A stretch of DNA of 64,000 nucleotides, taken from Armatimonadota bacterium (lineage in GTDB: Bacteria > Cloacimonadota > Cloacimonadia > Cloacimonadales > TCS61). A program made the translations under genes and the position numbers. This document shows positions 57,262-64,000 of the stretch, piece by piece; position 1 is the first letter of the stretch, and every line of letters starts with the position of its first letter. The notes under the pieces are model-generated. The model was given only the letters and a program-made list of their open reading frames with translations, had not been told where the DNA came from and did no database searches. The stretch lies in contig JABMPU010000108.1 of assembly GCA_013203665.1 (NCBI GenBank), forward strand, positions 11,092 through 75,091. The letters run 5' to 3'.

Positions 57262-58378
57262 ATCGCTTGACCCCTTTCGAATAATATTCTCTTATTTTTT
57301 CAGAAACATATTTTATCTCTTCTTTATTTAACTGTTCTGACATTGGAAGAGAAATTATTTCATTAGCTAACCTTTCAGTTATTGGGAAATTTCCAATTTT
57401 ATAGTTTAAATAATCATACGCTTTTTGCAGATGACACGGTATTGGATAGTGAATGCCAGTTTGTATATGATTATTACCAAGGAAATGCCTGAGCTCATCT
57501 CTCTTTTTAGTTCTAATAACAAAAAGATGATAGACATGCTTAATATTATCCATTTCATTGGGTAATATTATCTCACTGCAATCTTGAAGATATTTTCTAT
57601 ATAAATCAGCATTTCTTCTTCGTATTTCAGTCCATTTATCTAGGTATTTCAATTTAACATCAAGGATAGCTCCTTGCATTCCAGCCATTCTATAGTTATG
57701 ACCAATAATATTATGATGGTATTTTCGAGACATACCAAGATTTCTAATCATTAACAATTTTTCATAAAGAGTTTCATCATTAGTTATAATTGCTCCACCT
57801 TCACCATAAGCACCAAGATTTTTGCCACAGTAAAAACTGAAACATCCGCATATACCAAAAGTACCAACAGTTCTTTTATGGTATTCTGCAATATGTGCTT
57901 GAGCACAATCTTCAATTAATAATAAATTATATCTATCAGCAATATCTTTAATTTTATCAAGTTGGGCAGGTTGTCCATAAAGATGGACCGCAATGATTGC
58001 TTTAGTTTTGCCTGTAATTGCATTTTCGATCTTATTTACATCGATATTAAAATAATCTGGTTCACAATCTACAAAAACCGGAGTAGCACCTGAAAGAGTT
58101 ACAGATAATGGTGTAGCAAAAAATGTATTTGCAGGAACAATGATTTCATCACCAGCATTGATCTCTAAAGCCATTAAAGTAGCATGAAGTGCAGCTGTCC
58201 CTGAATTTACTCCTACACAATATCTTGCATTATGTTTTTTTGCAAATTTTTCTTCAAAGGATTTCACATAAGAACCTGCTGTAAAGGCAGAGTCTATTAA
58301 CACATTTTGGATGGCTTCATCAATTTCATCTTTAATTGATAAATACTGAGCTTTTAAATCAATAAATTTAACAATCAT
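57254..58378 (-). CDS. DegT/DnrJ/EryC1 PLP aminotransferase (sugar 3- or 4-aminotransferase)
   Basis: 374 aa, typical family sequence throughout (FEEKFAKKHNARYCVGVNSGTAALH...). Confidence 0.85.
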   Translation of the reverse strand: MIVKFIDLKAQYLSIKDEIDEAIQNVLIDSAFTAGSYVKSFEEKFAKKHNARYCVGVNSGTAALHATLMALEINAGDEIIVPANTFFATPLSVTLSGATPVFVDCEPDYFNIDVNKIENAITGKTKAIIAVHLYGQPAQLDKIKDIADRYNLLLIEDCAQAHIAEYHKRTVGTFGICGCFSFYCGKNLGAYGEGGAIITNDETLYEKLLMIRNLGMSRKYHHNIIGHNYRMAGMQGAILDVKLKYLDKWTEIRRRNADLYRKYLQDCSEIILPNEMDNIKHVYHLFVIRTKKRDELRHFLGNNHIQTGIHYPIPCHLQKAYDYLNYKIGNFPITERLANEIISLPMSEQLNKEEIKYVSEKIREYYSKGVKRCG

Positions 58379-58383
58379 GATTA

Positions 58384-58779
58384 TTATTGTTTTTTAATTA
58401 TAAATTCATATTGATCCGGATCTTCATGATTATGTACTTTATTTCCCCATGCCAATAATATTACTTCTTCATTACCTATATTTGTAAAAGTATGAGCAAA
58501 TTTTGGTGGAACCAATAATCTATCCAGATCTTCTTTATTTCCATCGAGTATGAACTCATCAACCTTGTTTGAATTAATATTTTGAATTAGAACCTTAAGT
58601 TTACCTTTCAAAACACAGAATATTTCTGTTTTCTCGTTATGATAATGATTGCCTCTTATATCTCCGGGACTAATGGTTGATGCATATACCTGCCCTTTGA
58701 AATTAAGTATATTCTCATCTTCCCTAAGAAATTCAATTAAAAATCCTCTTTCATCAGAATGTTTAGGAATCGGTTTCAT
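58384..58779 (-). CDS. cupin-fold sugar epimerase / 3,4-ketoisomerase (RmlC/WxcM/FdtA-like)
   Basis: 131 aa. DERGFLIEF...RGNHYH...E.F.VLKGKL pattern. Confidence 0.55.
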   Translation of the reverse strand: MKPIPKHSDERGFLIEFLREDENILNFKGQVYASTISPGDIRGNHYHNEKTEIFCVLKGKLKVLIQNINSNKVDEFILDGNKEDLDRLLVPPKFAHTFTNIGNEEVILLAWGNKVHNHEDPDQYEFIIKKQ

Positions 58780-59695
58780 TATTTTCCTTGTAAAAATTAA
58801 TGATTTCGTGCAGATTTTCTTTTAGGGTATATTGAGGTTTCCAGCTAATTGTATTGAGAATTTTATTAGTAGATATTGCATATCTTAAATCCTGTCCCCA
58901 ACGATTTTCTACAAAATCTAAATTGGGTTCAATATCCATAGCTTTATAAATCATATTTACAACTTCCAGATTAGAATATTCCTTACACGAACAAATATTA
59001 TAAACATTATTATAATGCTTATTTTCAATTAATTTTAAAATTGCTTCACAATGATCTTTCACATGAATCCAGGATCTGATATATGTGCCATCTCCATGTA
59101 TAGTCATCTTCCTATTATTTAGAGCGCTTTCAATAGTTTTTGGTATCAATTTTTCCGGATATTGGCGTGTTCCATAATTGTTGCTACATCGTGTAGTTAT
59201 ATAGTCAATTCCATAAGTACGGTTGTAGGCAATCAAAAATTTTTCTGCTGCTGCTTTGGTTGCAGAATAGGGATTACTTGGTCTTAAAATATCTTTTTCA
59301 GTAAATTTACCATCAGCAGTATCTCCGTAAACTTCATCAGTACTGATTTGAACAAAAACCGGTCGATCGAATTTAGCTTTCATTCTAATGTGTTCGAGCA
59401 AGTTATGAACTCCCTGAACATTTGACCTAAAAAATATTTCACTGTTTCCGATAGAATTATCAACAAAACTTTCAGCAGCAAAATTAACAAGATAATCAGA
59501 TTTCGGGAGATTCGAAATATTGCAAATATCTTGTTTCCAAAAATCGTAATTTTTATGATTTTCATATCCAATATTATCCCATGAGACATAGGTCATTTTA
59601 TCAATATTCAAGACACTATAGCCCCTTGATAATATTAATTCAATAAAATGACTACCAATAAAACCACATCCACCTGTTACGATAAAATTGTACAT
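58763..59695 (-). CDS. rfbB: dTDP-glucose 4,6-dehydratase
   Basis: VTGGCGFIGSHF, ISTDEVYG, YSATKAA. Confidence 0.8.
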   Translation of the reverse strand: MYNFIVTGGCGFIGSHFIELILSRGYSVLNIDKMTYVSWDNIGYENHKNYDFWKQDICNISNLPKSDYLVNFAAESFVDNSIGNSEIFFRSNVQGVHNLLEHIRMKAKFDRPVFVQISTDEVYGDTADGKFTEKDILRPSNPYSATKAAAEKFLIAYNRTYGIDYITTRCSNNYGTRQYPEKLIPKTIESALNNRKMTIHGDGTYIRSWIHVKDHCEAILKLIENKHYNNVYNICSCKEYSNLEVVNMIYKAMDIEPNLDFVENRWGQDLRYAISTNKILNTISWKPQYTLKENLHEIINFYKENNETDS

Positions 59696-59704
59696 AAATA
59701 ACTC

Positions 59705-60460
59705 CTACTCTTTCTTTTCTTTTATTATGTTCTCAATTTTTATTAATAATTCATCCATTAATGGAAAACTTTCTTCAGGATATTCATCTCTAAAGTGATT
59801 TGGCCATGGATGCTTTATTTTATGTTTAAAATCAATTAATCTATCTATGCGTGTAAAATATTTTGCTGGATTTCCTTGAACACAATGAGTATCAGGTACA
59901 TCATCTTTTACTACAGATCTTGCTGCGACAAATGAACCAATGCCTAATGTCACGCCAGGAAGTATTAAAGAACCAGTTGCAATGACTGACATGTCCCCAA
60001 CTGTAATAGGTAGCTCAATTCGGGAAGGTGGGAGTGGATCAGCACTAAATTGCACTCGTGGGAAAAACCATGAGAAATGTCCAATTTTTGAATGAAGCGA
60101 TAAATGAACCTTGCTATGAAGTTTAACATATTCACCAAAGAATGAATCTCCCTCAAGTTCTGTATAGCTTCCAATTTGAAAATATTTACCCGCTGTTATT
60201 TTATCCCTCACTAAAACATGATGCCCAGTAACTAAATTTCTCTCAAACTCTGAATTATCATAAAAAACACTATGGCTTCTTATATGGCTATTTTTACCAA
60301 TTATTAGTGGGTTTCTAGTTTCGTTTCTCGAAGGAAGACCAATAATACAATAACTCTCAATAATTGTATTATCACCAATCACTACATTATCATGCACAAT
60401 TGATGTAGGACATATTTTAACATTTTTCCCAATGACAGCCTTTTTTGATATTAGATCCAT
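59705..60460 (-). CDS. left-handed beta-helix acyltransferase with extended C-terminal domain
   Basis: Hexapeptide repeats across residues about 10-190 and a 60-aa non-repeat tail. Confidence 0.7.
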   Translation of the reverse strand: MDLISKKAVIGKNVKICPTSIVHDNVVIGDNTIIESYCIIGLPSRNETRNPLIIGKNSHIRSHSVFYDNSEFERNLVTGHHVLVRDKITAGKYFQIGSYTELEGDSFFGEYVKLHSKVHLSLHSKIGHFSWFFPRVQFSADPLPPSRIELPITVGDMSVIATGSLILPGVTLGIGSFVAARSVVKDDVPDTHCVQGNPAKYFTRIDRLIDFKHKIKHPWPNHFRDEYPEESFPLMDELLIKIENIIKEKKE

Positions 60461-60717
60461 TATAATTGTCCTGAATATTTAGCAATGATGAGTTTAATGA
60501 ATGGATAATTAATCATTTCAAAAATCTCATCATCATTGAGAGTTATATCAAATTCTTCTTCAAGAGTGACAACCAAATTCATATGCTTGAGCGAATCCCA
60601 AGATTCTATTGATTCAGGGGATGAATCATCATCAATACTATCAGCAGGTATTTCAAAAACTGCAGACATAACATTCTTTATCCGATCTTCTATTTTATTT
60701 ACCATTAATAACCTCAA
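60460..60717 (-). CDS. acyl carrier protein
   Basis: 85 aa. SWDSLKHM phosphopantetheine attachment motif (DSL). Alternative start MVNK at 60705. Confidence 0.75.
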   Translation of the reverse strand: MRLLMVNKIEDRIKNVMSAVFEIPADSIDDDSSPESIESWDSLKHMNLVVTLEEEFDITLNDDEIFEMINYPFIKLIIAKYSGQL

Positions 60718-62440
60718 TGTAGTTTAATTGTTTGGGCTCATAATTGTTTATATCCAAGGTATAGTTTCTAACTGAATCAGTTGATTCAGTCAGACTAAAT
60801 GAACACTTATCATAGAATTCTTTCACCTGCTCATTTTTCTGAGTTTTTATATACTTTGCTTTAACAACATTCACTTTTTTCCCTTTCATCATATCAATTA
60901 TGTGATCAATAAAAACATATTCAACATTCCGACCAATAATTCTACAACTCATTAATAAAGTGTCAATTTCTGCAGATTGTATTTCATCGTGAAAATTGAT
61001 AATACACAATCCTGTAACACCGCTATCTCCAAATTTATCTGAAACAGAAATCGCAAAAATCATGGATTCTTCATTTTTAATAAAATTTTTAATATCACCT
61101 TCAGTGTATCTTTTAGTAGTTAAATTAAACTGATTTGTCTTTTGACTCATCTGAGCCATGCGTGGAATTATAGATTTATCATCTTGGTGAATAGTCATTT
61201 TAAGTTCCATAGAAGCAAGATAATCTTCAATATCAGTAAACTCTTTTTTAACAGATTCTCTTTTTACCTGCTGCTTATACATCTTTATTTTCTTTCTATC
61301 TTCAGCAGTAAAAGAAAGGTTATAAAACAAGCCAATATTCTCCCGAAGCATTTTAGGATAATTATATAATCTTTCCGGCACCTGCAAAACAGTGATTTCC
61401 GGCAACTGCTCTCTTATCATGTTTACTTCAAAAGATGAATCATCTACAAATACTAAACTGTTTAAACCAATATTTAAATCTTGTGCAATCTCCTTAAGAT
61501 TAGTCACCTTGTTCGACCAGTTACTTTTGTTGATCGTAATATGCTTATTCCTTAACTGCATATCCGGATGAGAGTTGATTACTTCATCTACATCTGCAGG
61601 ATTATTTTTACTACATAGTCCTAACAATATTCCCTGTTTATTTAAAGAGATCGCCATATCTTGTATTTCATAAAAAATTGCTCCATCTTTTGTTTTGGGA
61701 GACATTTCAATATTATCAAAACCATCTTCACCTAAAATCCCCTTCCATAATGTGTTGTCACAATCAAATATCAATGCCTTCTTGGCTTTGCCATTTGCAG
61801 ACATAAAAAAAGGCTTAACATGCTCAGCATAGGCTTTGAAGAAATCAACCGTGTACAATGCTTTTGAAGAATAATAATATCTTAGATCCAAACTTTTTTC
61901 CACTCCAACATTAGCGATCACTTTTTCCAAATCAACCAGTCTAACATTTTCCGGTATTCTCATCTCTAGATATTGATTTAATTGATCCGCTAATTCCTCA
62001 AGATTGTTTTTCATGATATTTGAACTGCAAAAATGAATTGATGTGAATTTATTAATAAGAATAAGTGAAGTTTTCTCAAAGTTTTTTAGAACAAGATCAA
62101 TTTCAGATTTTGTTTTTTCAAGGATCTCATCCAACTGATCGTCGTTTAATAATTCAATTTTAAATTGTAACCCATCTACAATATTGGATAGCTCCAAAAA
62201 AATAATAATAACATTTGAGTTTTGATATTTCAGACTATCTTGAACTATGTTATCATAATCACCAGATTTCACAATTGCGGGAATTGCATCCACCCTTAAT
62301 GTATATTCCAGTATTTCGTTTAATTGCGATGTAACAATATTTGATAAAACTTTTATTTCATATCCTGTATCAGACAATAATTTTGCAAAATCACTGTTCC
62401 TTTTTAATATTTCACTATATTTTAAATTCCTTACTGTCAT
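60695..62440 (-). CDS. FkbH-like HAD-IIIC phosphatase/acyl-loading enzyme
   Basis: 581 aa. ALIFDCDNTLWKGILGEDG (DxDxT), LCSKN and FVDD HAD motifs. C-terminal acyltransferase-like domain. Confidence 0.7.
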   Translation of the reverse strand: MTVRNLKYSEILKRNSDFAKLLSDTGYEIKVLSNIVTSQLNEILEYTLRVDAIPAIVKSGDYDNIVQDSLKYQNSNVIIIFLELSNIVDGLQFKIELLNDDQLDEILEKTKSEIDLVLKNFEKTSLILINKFTSIHFCSSNIMKNNLEELADQLNQYLEMRIPENVRLVDLEKVIANVGVEKSLDLRYYYSSKALYTVDFFKAYAEHVKPFFMSANGKAKKALIFDCDNTLWKGILGEDGFDNIEMSPKTKDGAIFYEIQDMAISLNKQGILLGLCSKNNPADVDEVINSHPDMQLRNKHITINKSNWSNKVTNLKEIAQDLNIGLNSLVFVDDSSFEVNMIREQLPEITVLQVPERLYNYPKMLRENIGLFYNLSFTAEDRKKIKMYKQQVKRESVKKEFTDIEDYLASMELKMTIHQDDKSIIPRMAQMSQKTNQFNLTTKRYTEGDIKNFIKNEESMIFAISVSDKFGDSGVTGLCIINFHDEIQSAEIDTLLMSCRIIGRNVEYVFIDHIIDMMKGKKVNVVKAKYIKTQKNEQVKEFYDKCSFSLTESTDSVRNYTLDINNYEPKQLNYIEVINGK

Positions 62441-62850
62441 TTTTGTAACACCTCAATTAATCCAACATTGTTGATATAATAAAATGAAACAAGACGATTA
62501 TCAAATAATATAGCTGGTTTAGGTTTGCTCACACAAAACGCTCGGTAATTCGAAAATAGTATTTTAATATCTCTAGCAATATCTTCAACTTCGTAACAAA
62601 CATGATATATCATCTCATTATTCTTGCTCAAATAATTTGTAATGGGTGAATTATTATTAATTGGTTTTACTAATTCGACAGTTGGATGTTTTTCTGAAGT
62701 ACAAAGAACTAGTTCAACATTTTGTAGAGAATCAATTATTGGTTCAGTATGATCATAACCTAATTTCTTATAGAATTCTATAGCTTTAGAAAAATCTTTT
62801 AGAGCCAATCCGAAATGATGAAAAGTGATTTTGTTCAATGAATTATCCAT
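62437..62850 (-). CDS. VOC (glyoxalase / methylmalonyl-CoA epimerase-like) protein
   Basis: FHHFGLALKDFSKAIEFYKKLGY, later HVCYEVEDI. Confidence 0.65.
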   Translation of the reverse strand: MDNSLNKITFHHFGLALKDFSKAIEFYKKLGYDHTEPIIDSLQNVELVLCTSEKHPTVELVKPINNNSPITNYLSKNNEMIYHVCYEVEDIARDIKILFSNYRAFCVSKPKPAILFDNRLVSFYYINNVGLIEVLQK

Positions 62851-63131
62851 TATTTATCCTTATTTATTAGCGTCATGTAACAAACCCCATAAATCATACT
62901 ATGTGCAAGGTAATGACCATGATTCCTAAGATTTGAGAAAATTATATCTTTATTTCGATCTAAAGCATTTATTACACCAACTGCACACGCTTCTTGACCT
63001 ATGCTAGTGTGCGTAGTACCGGCTAATAATCCCTCTGAAAAAGATTTTAAAAGCTTTTCTTCGACTTTTATTATTAAAGTCATTTGTTTAAAAAAAATAA
63101 TTTTTAATTCATTAATAAAGTTACTATTCAT
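62850..63131 (-). pseudogene. N-terminal fragment of a TPP-dependent dehydrogenase E1 alpha subunit
   Basis: 93 aa. LLAGTTHTSIGQEACAVGVINALDRNKDIIFSNLRNHGHYLAHS matches the first ~90 residues of E1-alpha proteins, which I recall as ~320 aa, then terminates. Confidence 0.6.
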
Positions 63132-63307
63132 ACTGATCGCACCTTATTTGTTGGATTATTTTCAATGAAACAGTGTTCTACTATATTGCAATAAGTCCCA
63201 ATTTGTACACCCTTCATAATGTGGCTAAAATCCCATATTCGAGTATTTTCCCTTATGTTATCGGATTTAAACCACTCCCTTCCATGTACAAAATATCCCT
63301 TATTCAT
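63128..63307 (-). pseudogene. N-terminal fragment (59 aa) of an FdtC/WxcM-type hexapeptide N-acetyltransferase
   Basis: Below the ORF-track cutoff. My translation: MNKGYFVHGREWFKSDNIRENTRIWDFSHIMKGVQIGTYCNIVEHCFIENNPTNKVRSV, stop. ATGA overlap with the next fragment. Confidence 0.55.
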
Positions 63308-63316
63308 TTAATTTTT

Positions 63317-64000
63317 TTATACTCCACCTTTACCAAATATAACTACTGGAATAGTTTTAAGTAAAATTTCCAAATCAAGTTTTAAAGATCTATTTTCAAT
63401 ATAATACAAGTCCAAGATAACCTGGTCATTAAATTTAACTTCATCTCTACCTCTTACCTGCCATATACCTGTCATTCCAGGTAAAACAGAATGTCTTTTC
63501 TTTTGCCATTCATTCATTATCTTATATTCATAAGGTACATTAGGGCGAGGTCCTACCAAACTCATATCTCCTTTTATCACATTCCATAATTGTGAAAATT
63601 CATCGATAGAGGATTTTCTAAGGAATTTCCCGAGGGATGTAATTCTCGTATCTTCTCTTAATTTCTTAGTATTTCCATTTCCATTTATCATCTCTTTAAC
63701 TTTGTCTATGTGAGGTTTTGGATTACAATCATGATACATCGAACGAAATTTTAACATATCAAATTCACAACCATCTTTTCCAATTACTCTGGCTTTGTAA
63801 AAAACAGGTCCTTTTGAGGTAATCTTTATTAAAAATGCAATTACAATCCAAATAGGCGACAAAATTATAATTAATAAAGCGGAAATTAAAACTTCAAAAA
63901 TTCTTTTAATAATCTTATAACCCAGTTTCTGATTATATGGTTGCAACCTAAAAGCAGAGATGCCGGCAATCTCTTCAACCTCTAATTTCTCCGAAACAAT
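63317..64000 (-). CDS. polyprenyl-phosphate glycosyl-1-phosphate transferase (WbaP/PglC bacterial sugar transferase); N-terminus beyond the window
   Basis: IKRIFEVLISALLIIILSPIW...GKDGCEFDMLKFRSM...SLVGPRP...PGMTGIWQV. The reading frame stays open to position 64000 (…IVSEKLEVEEIAGISAFRLQPYN), so the track Met is internal. Confidence 0.85.
   Translation of the reverse strand: MVSEKLEVEEIAGISAFRLQPYNQKLGYKIIKRIFEVLISALLIIILSPIWIVIAFLIKITSKGPVFYKARVIGKDGCEFDMLKFRSMYHDCNPKPHIDKVKEMINGNGNTKKLREDTRITSLGKFLRKSSIDEFSQLWNVIKGDMSLVGPRPNVPYEYKIMNEWQKKRHSVLPGMTGIWQVRGRDEVKFNDQVILDLYYIENRSLKLDLEILLKTIPVVIFGKGGV

Noticed and set aside
1-64000. tRNA, rRNA or tmRNA genes
   Set aside because: Scanning the intergenic regions by eye found no cloverleaf-compatible sequence with a GTTCRANYC T-loop and no rRNA-like conserved blocks. 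A tRNAscan/Infernal run would be the definitive check.

Overview
Low-GC window (AT-rich intergenic regions, visibly lower GC in the accessory blocks) from an anaerobic bacterium. The repeat style and gene content remind me of Cloacimonadota-like candidate phyla, but that is a low-confidence guess. All calls come from reading the translated ORFs and the DNA; no database search was run.

Content, in order:
1. Minus-strand operon 1-5156: hydrogenase maturation protease, hdrA, mvhD, mvhG, mvhA (group 3c [NiFe] hydrogenase; the large subunit is cut by the window edge).
2. Divergent hypFCDE-hypA maturation genes (5.5-10.9 kb).
3. An accessory block of about 7 kb (10.9-18.2 kb): S41 peptidase, hicAB, five orphan genes including a frameshifted lipoprotein gene, and brnTA. 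It separates hypA from nikR-fmdE-nicO-hypB (18.2-20.7 kb).
4. MaoC/CitE-like pair, a CapK/PaaK-like ligase and nadA.
5. A glycan-modification cluster (24.7-33.2 kb): polyprenyl-P GT2, NeuD-type acetyltransferase, WbqC, WecE-like transaminase, a large polytopic membrane protein, Ugd and a UDP-GlcA epimerase.
6. An acetyl-CoA synthase / corrinoid Fe-S protein cluster (33.3-41.4 kb): MetE/MtaA-like Zn methyltransferase, cooC, acsB, acsD, acsC and a RACo-like activator. No CODH or AcsE is present. It converges on an activated-methyl-cycle operon (metK, PfkB kinase, ahcY).
7. A repeat-rich junction (46.1-50.7 kb) with two four-helix-bundle (Avd/23S-IVS family) genes, a Wzi-like protein and a DUF4143 ATPase flanked by a perfect 31-bp direct repeat.
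8. A second polysaccharide locus (50.7-64 kb): GDP-heptose genes, a dTDP-3-amino-6-deoxyhexose branch, an FkbH-ACP-VOC-acyltransferase module, and three decayed gene remnants.

No rRNA, tRNA, CRISPR array, transposase or integrase was recognised. The most interesting items are the CODH-less ACS/CFeSP module wired to a thiol methyltransferase and the SAM cycle, the TA-flanked orphan gene block inside the nickel/hydrogenase regulon, the T9 homopolymer switch in a lipoprotein signal peptide, and several dispersed intergenic repeat families.
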